The position numbers and the translations under genes are program-made. From positions 85,686,001 through 85,750,000 of the forward strand of contig CM052817.1 in the NCBI GenBank assembly GCA_028534125.1: DNA of 64,000 nucleotides, given 5' to 3'. The stretch comes from Lama glama (lineage: Eukaryota). Under the pieces are notes generated by a model. It worked only from the letters and a program-made list of their open reading frames with translations, was not told the origin of the DNA and ran no database searches. Positions 12,915 through 24,624 of this stretch are shown piece after piece; the stretch's first letter is position 1, and each line of letters opens with the position of its first letter.

Positions 12915-13560
12915 ATTTTTTGTTATAACAACTTACTGGGTAGAATTATACACCATACATTTTACTTTTTTAAAATGTATAATTCAGTGATTCTAGTATA
13001 TTCACAGAGTTGTGCAAACATCATCATTATCTAATTTTAGAACATTTTATCACTGTAAAAGAACCTCCAGTGTATCAGAATTCATTAGCAAACAACAGTT
13101 TACTTTCTGTCTCTATGAATTTGTCTATTAAGAAATTTCATATAAATGGAATCGTTCAATGGGTCTTTTATGACTAGTTTCTGTTACTTAGCATGAAATT
13201 CTCACAGTACATCCATGCTGTATCATGTATCACCACTTCATTTCTTTTACTGATGAATAATCCATTGTATGACTATACTACATTTTACTTACTCTTTCAT
13301 CAGTTGGTTGACATTTGTCTAGTTTCCACCTTTAAGCTATAATGAATAGTGCTATTCTGAACATCCATGTGCAATTTTTGAATGTTGATACATGTTTTCG
13401 TTACTCTTGGTTACCCTTAAGAGTAGAATTTCTGGGTTTTATGGTAATTCTATGTTGAGCATTTTGAGGAACTATCAAACTGTTTTCCAAAGTAGTGACA
13501 TCATTTTACATTCCCACCAGCAATGGATGGCGGTTTCAATTTCTCCAAATCCTCACCAAC
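12915..13560 (-). mobile_element. L1MB-like 3' end
   Basis: tgtataattcagtgattctagtatattcacagagttgtgcaa..gaggaactatcaaactgttttccaaagtagtgacatcattttacattcccaccagcaatg. Confidence 0.85.
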
Positions 13561-14030
13561 AATGATTTAAACTGTATGATGTTTAAAAAAGCAAAACTGT
13601 GGAGACAGCCAAAAGATAAGTACTTGCCAGCGTTTGAGAGGGAGTGGGAGAATAAATAGGCAGAGCACAGAGGATTTTTAGGGCAGAAAAAGTAGTTCAT
13701 GTGATATTATAATGATAGATAAATGTCACTATACATTTATCTAAACCCATAAAATGACAAACAAATGTATAATGACATGTATCCAACATTATCATATCGG
13801 CAGAATTGTCCATCAGATGATGAAGGAATATGCTATCAATTTATGAAAAGACATGAAAAAAGCTTGAATTCATATTACTAAGTAAAAAAGCTAATATGAA
13901 AATACTACATATTGGATATTTCCAACTATATGATATTCTGTAAAACCCAAAACTTAGGAGACAGTCAGAATGTCTTTGGTTGTGAAGAGTTAGTGGAGGA
14001 TGGGCAGATGAATAGATGGTGAGATGACAG
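13561..14030 (+). mobile_element. L1MC-like 3' UTR fragments
   Basis: gcaaaactgtggagacag..aataggcagagcacagaggatttttagggcag..ttccaactatatgatattctgtaaaa. Confidence 0.75.
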
Positions 14031-14654
14031 TCAGCAACGTCAATAATTGGAACTTGATTTTTAAATTATGGTTATTTTTAAGATGGTAATAAAGATAAAG
14101 TAAGAAGTTTACTTACATAAAATAAGAATTTTGTGTAGATTTTCTGACCTTTCAGTATGAAATATATTAACTGAAAAGGATTCATAACAGCTGTATAAAG
14201 ACATGCTACACATTAATAAGAAACAGTGAAGACCTGAATGGGAAATTAAATTAGGCACTTCACAAAAGAGGATTTCAAAATGCTTTAATGAACATATGAA
14301 AAAATATCTGCCTCATGAGTTATCTATAGATACAAAAGAAACTCTCATTTTGATAACATGACCATAAAGGCCAAATTTTAAATGACTTACAGTAACAAGT
14401 GCCAGTGAAGACATGAAATATTGGTTGGGATTTTAAATTCGTATCATAAGGTAGTGAGAAAATAAAATCTAAAAATATTTTGAAGGCTGAAATGTACAAG
14501 GTGATATCACTTATAAGATTTCAAGATTAATGAAAAAATTAGTATTTATAGTAAAATTTTTGTCAAAGTAATTTGAATGTTGTGATAGTCTTCAAAATCT
14601 CAGTAGGTTAACACTTTGGAATAGAACTCTTCAGCAGAACTTACTGTTTTTAAG

Positions 14655-15355
14655 AGAATATTTTGTATATGTGATGTCCATTATGATAATCATGATGATA
14701 ACCATACGCACCTACTGAGCACTTGAACTGGTGCTAATTTAGCTGTGTGACTAAAATTTTAAATTTATTTAAATTTAAATGTCATATTCAAAGACCCACC
14801 GCATAAGAATGAATCACTCGAGACTTTATCAAATCAAGAGAATGAGAAGGAGCCAGAGACCAGCTGCAACTCCCCGATCCCCTCCGAAACTCTTGTTATT
14901 TATTAAGAGTAGTCAAACAACAGGTTAAGGTAAAACCCATCACTGGAACGTGTAAGGGGTATGGTGTACATGCAGGTATGCCGGTCAAGAGTTTTGTGAA
15001 AAAAAGAAACATTAGTCTTAATCTATATGTTTAGGGAGAAATTTACAATGTTTATACAGTCGATAATGGGAACCAGGCAGGCACAAGACCCTATAAAGAT
15101 CAAGATCTAACTAGATAAGTGAAGAATGCCCTGCTGTTTTCAGCAAGGGCAAAAAGGTAATGGTTTTCCAAGAAGCAGAAGCAGCCCTACAGCTAACAAC
15201 TTACACCTAACATAAGCTAGGCATGTCTTGCCATTTTCAGCAAGACAAAGAGCAGCAGTTTTCTGCATTGCAACCCTACAACTTATTAACCCAAGAATGT
15301 GCCCCCACAGTCATAGCCAATGTAGCTAGCAGCTACTGTATGGGAACAGTGCTCT
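14655..15355 (+). mobile_element. MER3 split by an LTR insertion (halves ~14655-14786 and ~15310-15355)
   Basis: ctactgagcacttgaa..aaatttaaat [insert] tagccaatgtagctagcagctactgtatggg, collinear with MER3. Confidence 0.7.
14787..15309 (-). mobile_element. Solo LTR, ERV2/betaretrovirus-like (523 bp), 6-bp TSD GTCATA
   Basis: GTCATA at 14781-14786 and 15310-15315; minus-strand start TGTGGGGGCACA; higher GC and retained CpGs. Confidence 0.8.
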
Positions 15356-15364
15356 TCTAGAATC

Positions 15365-15712
15365 TTATTTCCTGCTCACCTAACACTTCAGAACAATTGC
15401 TCCGCGTCTGTGTTCCATACTGTGATTCAGAGACTAGTCTCAATGCATCTTACAGTATTCTACCCTGTAGGATCTCATAATCCTCTACTAGATCCTCTGC
15501 ATCTTGATAATAAGCAGGGAAAGACGAGTTTGTATGTGAAAGCTCTTATGAGCCAATCAGAACAACACATATCGCTATTTTCACTGTCCATTGGGCAGAG
15601 CACAATCACACAGCCATACTTCGTTAAAAGGAAGGCTGAAAAATTAGAAGTTAGTAGTATGCCCAAGAGGAAAATGGATTGGGTCTTGGTAACACATAGC
15701 AGACAGCATACC
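15365..15712 (-). mobile_element. Old MaLR LTR (MLT1J/K/L-like)
   Basis: ccattgggcagagcacaatcacacagccatac..aaggaaggctgaaaaat..tgcccaagaggaaaatgg..ggtaacacatagcag. Confidence 0.6.
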
Positions 15713-15719
15713 AGCCAAG

Positions 15720-15975
15720 CAGGGTAGCTGAATGTTAAAGTCTCAAACTCTGGAGCCAAATGTCTGGGTTAAAACCTGACTCTACCGTGCATATATGATC
15801 TAGGCAAATTATTTAAACTCTCTGCTCCTCGTCTGATAAATGGGGGTAATAAAGTACTTATCTCAGAGGATGGTTAAAAGATTTAATGATTAAATATAAG
15901 GTGTTTAGGACAGTATCTGACACATTAAAAAGTACTAGGGTGAATTATTATATTATTACTGTCACTATTATTATT
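15720..15975 (+). mobile_element. MIR
   Basis: aactctggagccaaatgtctgggttaaaacctgactct..ggcaaattatttaaactctctg..aaatggggg..(tta)n tail. Confidence 0.85.
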
Positions 15976-16722
15976 AGTCTTAGGCTAGACAATTGAATGA
16001 GTGAGATTAACAAGCTCAGAATCAGAAAAACACGTGTGTGGAAATGTTATATAACAAATGTAAAATTTGTCAGTAGCTTAGACAAATGGTGATACATAAA
16101 GAAAAATAAATTTAGATTCATTCAATATTCCACAAATAAAATAAATTTTGATGGGTTACAATAATATTGAGATAAAACTTAAATGTAAAAGGAAAAAACT
16201 AGAAGACAAGCTATATGGCGTATGAGTAGGAAAGCTTCCTGACAAGTCACAGAAGCAAAAATTATAATAGAAGAATTGATGAATTTGGCTAATATTTGAC
16301 AAGGTTAATTATAATCAAATAAACTTACTCTTTTATCTGAGGATTTTATTTCTGTATGTATTCTCATACAAAATTCTCATACAAAAATGTACAAATGACC
16401 ACTAGACTTATGTGTTAGTGTAGCATAGTTTATAATAGAGAAAATTTGAAATAGATTAAATGTCCATCAACAGTTGTTAAATAAATACATATTGTAATAT
16501 CTAACCAACAGAATTCAATTAAAGAATTAAAATTAATTAACTAGCACTGAGTCTATTAACTTCACATTTATGAAAGGTACCATTGAATGAAAGAAACACA
16601 ATATAGAAACAGTTTTGGGGTCTGGCACAATGCAGAGAGGCCTCTGAAGTTTTTGTTTGTTTGTTTGTTTTTAATAATCTGAATAAACTGCTACATACAG
16701 TGTAGATTAAGACAGCTGAGTA

Positions 16723-17200
16723 CAGGCACATCTCAGAGCTATTGCAGGCTCAGTTCCACACCACCACAATAAAATGAACATCACAATAAAGAGAATCACA
16801 CAAATTTTTTGGTTTCTCATTACATGTAAAAGTTATGTTCACACTATACTGTGGCCTATGAAGTGTGCAATAGCATTATGTCTAAAAAAAAAAAGAACAT
16901 ACCTTAAGTTAAAAATACTTACTAAAAAAAGCTAACCATCATCTGATGATTTAGTGAGTTAAGATTTTTTTTTTGTGATAGTAACCTCAAAGAGCACAGA
17001 TCACAGATCACCATAACAAGTAAAATAATAACGAAAAAATTTGAAATTTGGTGAGAATTACCAAAATGTGACACAGAGACACAAAGTAAACAAATGCTAT
17101 TGGAAAAATGCCGCTGACTGTCTTGTTCAATGCAGGATTGCGGCAAACCAATTTGTAAAAAGGCACAGTATCTACTGAGCTCAGTAAAGTGAAGCACAAT
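16723..17200 (-). mobile_element. Internally deleted Tigger1 derivative (Tigger1a-like, TcMar)
   Basis: TA then caggcacatctcagagctattgcaggctcagttccacaccaccacaataaa (one Tigger1 end) joined to gatcacagatcaccataaca..ggaaaaatgccgctg..aaagtgaagcacaat (other end); terminal bases of the right TIR are missing. Confidence 0.85.
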
Positions 17201-19117
17201 ATTTAAATTATTATTCAAAATAGGAAACAATGCAAGGCCCAAAACAAGTACAAGGAACATTTATCACAAATCCAAATGAAATCACAGAGGGAGAGTTCTC
17301 CTGTGCTACGGTGTGTTTTAGCGACATAGAGCGACATCACAAGTGGCTTCTCCCATGCTAAAGTCATACTACCTTGAACTGAAAATATCACTGAGAAATG
17401 AAAACAATTCTGTTTCCGATAATTTATTGACAAGAGAGCTTTCTATATATCTTCCTATCACTGTATATTTTAAATACTGTTTACTAAATATGTATGTTCA
17501 GGGGAAAAAGAATAAAACAGGTTTTGACCAGAGGCAAAAGTCAGAGGCAAATTTTTGAGAAAAATACTATTCAAATTTTGAATCGTTCCTTTTATATAAA
17601 CACTGTGATTCATAAAGAAAATATCCCATCATTTTCATGCACTTTATTCGTAACACTTTTGTATTACAATTTAACTTTTTTCATTCAATTAATACCTAGT
17701 TTTAATTTATTTAGGCCAAAAATGTACACATACCTGCATACATGCAAACAAAAACTCCTTCAATTTACTTCCAAGCATTTTCCTTCTGAGACTGATTCTG
17801 TCTTATTATTGTATGTGTTTATTTCAATTTTGTTTTCTTTTTAAACTGGAGAAAAAAGTAATAAAAATAATGACACTCTTTTATACATAGTCAGTATATA
17901 CATTACATTTATACAGTTACAGCTAGACACACAGTGTGGGACAATTTTATTTGTCTAATCCACATATTAGCATAAAATTGGGAGGTTTCATTCATCATTT
18001 CTGACAATCGTAATATGCTTAGTTTAGCAATAAAATTTCATAATTTGTAAAAGGGAAATATTATTTAACACAGTTAACAACAACAAAAAAAACCTAGGTT
18101 TTGGCAGCCCTCCAGAACTGCTGAAATCAGCAGAACTCAACTAATTCCACATTACAGTAGAATATTTTAGAGAAATAAATATTAGTCTGCGTAAATCTCA
18201 AATGAGTTCTTTACAATTAGTAGTAGTATAATCACTCAAGTGGTACTGATGCGCCTAGTGACTATAACTGCAATAATTGAAAAAAAGTATTTAGAATCCA
18301 CTAAAGAGTAATGATTTTTGAAAAATGAGTAGAACATGTAAATATCAAGCAATAGTCTTTGAAGTTAAGATAATGAAAATAATGTTTACTTGTCAGAAGA
18401 AGCAAGTTAGATGTATTGGTAAAATAGCTCTACTAAATGTAAATTCTCTAAGAGACATGATCTATTTGTTGGTGGAGAATGCTTCAGCCTTCCTTTATAC
18501 TGTAGTCACTCCGATCATGGGAGGTGAAGTGAATGACCAGTCAAGTTTGGGAGGAGTCACTATGCGGATTTATCTTGACTCAGACCTTCTGAAGTTGATG
18601 TACAGAGCAGCTCTGCTTTCTTCTCCTAAAGGGCAGAGACCCATAAGGTCAAGCACCACTTTATTGAGTGGATAAATATGCTTAAGTTCTGAGATTTATT
18701 TAGCAGGACAGTTTGACTCAGACCTTTGAACTGCCCTCTGTTAGAAATATATTTGAAATTTTGGTTTCTATCTTACTTCAGTGATTTATTTTTTAAATGT
18801 GAAGAACTTGGTTGAAATTGAGGTGTACCATATTTTGAGGTCCACCTCAGAGATTTCAACACTGCTCAGTTAGTGCTATAATCTAAAACACTCCAACAAG
18901 TTTCATAAAACATAATTAATTGTATTTTAACTCACTTCTGAACTTATTTTACTAATGGGGAATAGAAAATAGCTTTTACAGTTATACCATCATTAACATA
19001 TTAGCACTGGTATTAATGTAATCTCTAAATAGTCCTAAATTTATGTGAGGCAAGCATAAAGTGTATCAGCCCTATAGAATAGGTGAGTTTCATTAGTTTT
19101 CCAATGAAAATTTAGAA

Positions 19118-19430
19118 CAGGAGTCAGCATAATCTGTATGTCAATCCCAGCCAGACTCCTGCCTTTCTTACCAAGTTCTTACTGGAACACAGGCACACTC
19201 ATTCGTTTACGACTAGCTCTCTTGTTTGAAAAGAAAATTGATGTAACTGAAATAAACATACAAAAGGGGATAGAAAATAAGTCCTGGAAGGAAAGTGAAA
19301 ATAAATTAATGTGTGGACTGCTTTCGCACTAACAGTGGCAAAGTTGAGGAGCATGACAGATTCAGTGTGGCCTGCAAAGCCTACAATGTTTACTATCTGG
19401 CTCTTTACTGAAAAAGATTGCTGACCTCTA
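19118..19430 (+). mobile_element. MER58A with a ~100-bp internal insertion
   Basis: caggagtcagca..ggaacacaggcacactcattcgtttac [19211-19310] gctttcgcactaacagtggc..tggcctgcaaagcctacaatgtttactatctggctctttactgaaaaagattgctgacctct. Confidence 0.8.
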
Positions 19431-20239
19431 ATCTTAAAAAGCAGCCTAAAGACATTATGAGTAAGTTTTCTGTGTGGGATTTTCAGTTCTTCTGAGAAGT
19501 CCTGTTTACCCACATAACATGACATGTAGCCTGGCCTACTGTCCTCCTTTACTGCTAATTTGCACAGTAGACTCATTGATAAATCTCTAGAGCACCAGTT
19601 TTATTAAGAGTTATTAATGTATGCCTTACATTTCAAAGATAATTAGCTTTATAGAGTCTTTACATTTTAATCATATATAAATTTTAATACTTATTCTGAA
19701 ACCACTGGCTTGTCTTCAGTGATATTACCTATACTGTATAGAAAGCTGGTGCATTACCTGGTAGATGGTAACTAGCTTTGCAAGTTAATCAATTGCTGCT
19801 GAAGGCCAAAAAGTGAGACAAGATTGTAAAATAAAGGGTATTTGTTTTTGGTTTTTTTTGGAATTTTTTTTCAACATCAATATGACCAAGTTTTAGAATA
19901 TGCTAGTAAAATGTGTGGAAGACAAGCCACCTTCCCAGCATGAAGTGATATTTCCAACAGTTTCATGATACACTACTAAAATTAATCTTATTAAATTCAG
20001 CAATTATCAAATGCCTTGAGTGTAAATTTGGCCAAATAAAATGCATTAATCGATGCTAACTAGAAACGTCTTGTAATAATAATTACTGTGAAAAAGGACA
20101 TCTGTAATCAATACCACCTTCATACATTCCTTCTAACACATGCTGCACATGTGACAGTATGTTCGAAGAATAGGGTCACTAGATTGACTAGAACTTCTGG
20201 TAAATTACTAGTTAATAAACTCCAAAAAGGAAACTTCTT

Positions 20240-20520
20240 TTCCATTTTTAATCAACTTTATTGCAGTATAACTTAGAAACAATAAAGTGTACCTATTTTC
20301 TTTGGAGTTTGATGAGTTTTTAACAGATATCTACAATAACAACCTCAATCAAGACATATAATATTTTTATCACCAAAAAAGTTAACTTCTGTCCTTTGTA
20401 GTTAATCTCTCTACCCCTCTCCTAGGCAACTGTGACTAGTGGCTTTTTGTCACTGTAGAATAGGTTTTACTAGGGTTTCCATATGGGAAGTCTTTATTGG
20501 AATTTTACACATACATGTAT
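20240..20520 (-). mobile_element. L1ME-like 3' end
   Basis: caactttattgcagtataactta..gtttgatgagttttt..cctcaatcaagacatataatattt. Confidence 0.7.
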
Positions 20521-20929
20521 ACACAAGTACACATATTTTATACACATTTTATACAACAAATGATATATAGAGATGAATTTTAATATATGTAAGTACATGT
20601 TTATGCTATATATATTACAAATCCTGAGAGCCAAGGGGAGAGAAGAGGTTAGAATATAATCAGTCAGTCTTGCTTGTAGCATTAGCCACATTATAAGTGT
20701 TTGCTTGTTGCCCTTTCTGATGTTAAAGGTAAACTATGTTCTTAAGTTTATAATTCTAGTACACCCTTCATACAGATCCTGTGGATAGTATTAGATAATA
20801 TACTAAATTTTGAAATAAAAATAAATCCTTAAATGGGTAATTTTGACACATTCTCTGTAGCACTCTGAACTTTGCTAAATCAGAATTCTGTGCTATTCAG
20901 ATACTCCCAGAGCATTTTATGAAGATTGT

Positions 20930-21230
20930 ATAAGCTTGACACCAAACTCCATAAAGTATAGTAAAGAAGATGAAATCTGTAAGCCTATCTCAGTCATGTG
21001 ATATGATACAAAAATTAAAAGCAAAATATTAGCAAATGGCGAGCAGCAACATATAAGGAAGGATACTCTTATCATGTTGAATTTGAGTTTATACCAGGTC
21101 TGGAAAGTCATTAAACAGTAGAAAATAAATCAGCAGAAAAATAATTTAACAAACTTAATTATGTAGAAAAATAATTTGAGGCAATTCAACACCCGTTTAT
21201 GACAAAAAAATTATTTAAAGCAGGAGTTGA
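20930..21230 (+). mobile_element. Old L1 ORF2 (RT-region) fragment
   Basis: cctatctcagtcatgtgatatgatacaaaaatt..aaaatattagcaaat..atttgaggcaattcaacacccgtttatgac. Confidence 0.65.
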
Positions 21231-21239
21231 AAATTTGTT

Positions 21240-21468
21240 AGCACAGCAGAGCTTGTGCTCGTGCACTTTTGTGCCTCTGTCATTGCCAGGAGAAAAGCTT
21301 CCCCTGGGTAGCTGCTATTCCTCCAGATCAGTGTTGGGATGGAAGAAGACAGGTTTAGCAAAGTTGTTCTGCCCCTGACAGCCACGTGTACATTTGAAAT
21401 AAATGTTTATTGTTTCATGCCATTGAAAGCTTGTGGTCGATAGTTGTGTAGCACAAACTAGCTGATAG
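21240..21468 (+). mobile_element. MaLR LTR fragment (MLT1I/J-like)
   Basis: gcctctgtcattgccaggagaaaagc..aaataaatgtttattgtttcatgccattga..tagctgata. Confidence 0.65.
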
Positions 21469-22159
21469 GCACTTCTCTGTCTTTCTCTTCTCACCTCCTT
21501 CATTATTAAAATTGCCTGTAACTCATATAATCTTCGTGCTTTCCTACTGTGCCTGGATACCTTTGTAAATGCATACTAAGATTACAACGAAGACTTTTTT
21601 GCATAATAGGGGTGGAACTTTTTTTTGTCCTCATATGTCTTACCCACTTTTATTTCTACTTTCTTTAGCTTATAATATATAACATGTTATTTTGAAATAT
21701 ATAATTTAGAAGATGTTACTATAAAATTTATTTCCTTTCAGTGGATGGTGAGTGGTGATTAGGGAAGTTGAAATGAGTTAAAATAGCATTCCCTATACAA
21801 TATATTACACAATAAATCTTGAAATTTATTCTCTTTATAATAAATATTTGTCCAAAAGAATTAACTCTCAGTTTCAAATATGATTCTGTTTTTGTGCAAA
21901 TATATTTGGCACATGTATAGATTATGGGTTAATTATATATAAAGATAAGAAGGAAAATTAACTAATTCAAAGTTTTCAAAATCAAAATAGATTTTACATT
22001 ATTTAAATTATAAATTTGACATAAATAAAAAATGACAGAGGCTGTAAAAAGGACTATAAAAATTTCCACAATATTCTGACAGTTTTGAGAGTTCTCAAAT
22101 AATTTATAATTTGATTCATCTACTGCTTTCTTCATAGTGTGTTTTAATTTTTTATTCAG

Positions 22160-22218
22160 GGCTTATGAAAAAATTAATTATTAACTTTTCTTTATATATT
22201 GATCATTTTTTAATGTAA
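22160..22218 (+). CDS. Putative third exon, coding part to the first in-frame stop (or a disrupted internal exon ending at 22378)
   Basis: Acceptor ttttaattttttattcag; phase-1 entry gives (R)LMKKLIINFSLYIDHFLM*; possible donor TAG|gtattt at 22378/22379; AATAAA at 22405-22410. Confidence 0.3.
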
Positions 22219-22399
22219 TGATCAGACACAGACTGCTCAAATTGATCATTACGAAAAAGAGTTTCAACCACATATGCATCCTGGATGATACAGCCTTCCC
22301 TCAAGTCTGCTCTTTCAGTGGTTTTAAACTGTTCATTTTCTTAGTGAATCCTAAAAATATCTCTTGACTTTATTCTAGGTATTTTATATTAAGCACTCA

Positions 22400-23110
22400 G
22401 TTTAAATAAACAAATATTTACTCAGTTTCCACAGTGTATTAGCTATTGCTGAATGAGTGATGGGGATAAGCCATTAAATAACAAGTCACAATCCCTTACC
22501 CTGTTGTGCTTATTTATGTGTGACACAATCCAGAGGCAATATACAGTAAGAATTCAGGCAATAAACAGAGAGCTGGTGTTTGAATCCTGCCTCTGAGACT
22601 CATAGTTAAGTGATTGTGGGTAAATGGCTTAAATTCCTTTCACTTGGGTTTCTGCAAATAAAATGTGGATGATTTTATGGGTTAAATCAATTAATACGAG
22701 CAAAGAAATGATCAAATCCATGCTATTTGGGTATTTTTATTACTGAGACAGACATTAGACATAATACATAATTATGTAATTGTAATGAAAGTTTGGAAAC
22801 ATAAGGGTGAATGTCAGCTATAATATTTGTTAAGGTAGTCAGGGTAGTGTTCACTGGGAATGTGTTATTTGAGAAAAGAATTGTTAAATGTGAGGCTGTG
22901 GGTATTTAGGGGAAAATCATTCTAGACAAAGGAAACAACACTTTGCAAAGCCCTGAATGTGTCTGAGGAACAAGGAGGAGGCCCAGTGACTGAAGCCTGC
23001 TGAGCCAGAGAAAAGCTAGTCAGAGATGAAGTCATGGAGTTAATAAATCTGCAGACACTGTAGGGCCTTGTAGACCATTATGAGACCATTATGGGTTTTC
23101 ATGTCACAGT
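22400..23110 (-). mobile_element. L2 3' region with a nested MIR (~22530-22740)
   Basis: caaatatttactcag..gaggaacaaggaggaggcccagtgactgaagc..gtagggccttgtagaccatta; MIR core gtttgaatcctgcctctg. Confidence 0.75.
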
Positions 23111-23196
23111 TTGTGACAGTGAAGGTAGGCTAATTTCAGAAACTGTAAGTTTGTTTCACATGTAAAAATCAACAAATAAAATATTACCAATATATC

Positions 23197-23696
23197 NNNN
23201 NNNNNNNNNNNNNNNNNNNNNNNNNNNNNNNNNNNNNNNNNNNNNNNNNNNNNNNNNNNNNNNNNNNNNNNNNNNNNNNNNNNNNNNNNNNNNNNNNNNN
23301 NNNNNNNNNNNNNNNNNNNNNNNNNNNNNNNNNNNNNNNNNNNNNNNNNNNNNNNNNNNNNNNNNNNNNNNNNNNNNNNNNNNNNNNNNNNNNNNNNNNN
23401 NNNNNNNNNNNNNNNNNNNNNNNNNNNNNNNNNNNNNNNNNNNNNNNNNNNNNNNNNNNNNNNNNNNNNNNNNNNNNNNNNNNNNNNNNNNNNNNNNNNN
23501 NNNNNNNNNNNNNNNNNNNNNNNNNNNNNNNNNNNNNNNNNNNNNNNNNNNNNNNNNNNNNNNNNNNNNNNNNNNNNNNNNNNNNNNNNNNNNNNNNNNN
23601 NNNNNNNNNNNNNNNNNNNNNNNNNNNNNNNNNNNNNNNNNNNNNNNNNNNNNNNNNNNNNNNNNNNNNNNNNNNNNNNNNNNNNNNNNNNNNNNN
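23197..23696. other. Assembly gap (500 N)
   Basis: Run of N; true length unknown. Confidence 1.
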
Positions 23697-24622
23697 TCAA
23701 CATCTTATGTCATTAGATAATTGGAAATTAAAACAGCAGTGAGATACCACCATACATCTCTTAGAAATGGCCTAAATCCAGAACACTGATGACATTGATG
23801 GCAGAGACGTGGAGCTACAGAAATTCTCATTCCTTACTGGGAGGAATGCAAAATGGTACAGCCACCTTACAGTTTGGAAGTTTCTTACAAAACTAAACAT
23901 ACTCTTATAGTATAATCCAGCAATCACAAGCCTTGATATTTACCCAAAGGAGATGAAAACGTGTTCACACAAAACTTGCACATGGATGTTTTCAGCAGTT
24001 CATAATTGGCAAAACATGGAAGTAATCAAGATATTCTCCAGTAAGTGAATATATAAATAAAGTGTGGGAAGTCCAGATAATGAAATATTATTCAGTACTA
24101 AAAATAAATGACCTGTAAGTCATGAAAAGACATTGAGGAAGCTTAAATGCACATTATTAAGTTGAACCAATCTTAAATGACAACATAATGTATGTTTCAA
24201 ACTATACATTATTTTGTAAAAAGCAAAACAATGGAAGCACTAGAAAGATCACTTCATTGGTTGCCAGAGATTAGGCAGGAGAGAGGGATAAATTAGCAAA
24301 ACACAGGGGAAATGTAGGGCAGTAAAACTGCTCCATAAGATATTATATTAGAGGATACACGTCATTATACATTCATCCAAACCTGTAGAATGTAGAATGA
24401 ACTCTAATTTAAACTAAGGACTTTGGATGATAATAATGTGTAGTGAAGTTTCATTGATTATAACAAAGGCACCACTGTGGTATAGGATGTTGACAGAGGA
24501 GGAGGATGTGCCTGTGAGGGGAAAGGGCGTTTATGGGAACTCTGTATTTTCTGAGCTATGAACTTAAAACTGCTCTAAAAAATTAAAATCTAAAACCAAC
24601 AACAACAACAACAACAAAGAAA
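23697..24622 (+). mobile_element. L1MC-like 3' end with A/(CAA)n tail
   Basis: cagtgagataccaccatac..aatgcaaaatggtacagccac..ggaactctgtatttt..aacttaaaactgctctaaaaaattaaa, then (caa)n. Confidence 0.85.
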
Positions 24623-24624
24623 CG

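Noticed and set aside
18325..18675. 116-aa plus-strand ORF
   Set aside because: No recognisable homology or exon boundaries; length attainable by chance in 64 kb.
19199..19576. 125-aa minus-strand ORF
   Set aside because: Largely antisense read-through of MER58A.
22203..22364. Faint resemblance of the exon peptides to ADCY10-like segments
   Set aside because: Only a few scattered residues in inconsistent order; not supportable without a profile search.
23104..23703. 199-aa ORF in the ORF track
   Set aside because: Artefact of translating through the 500-N gap.
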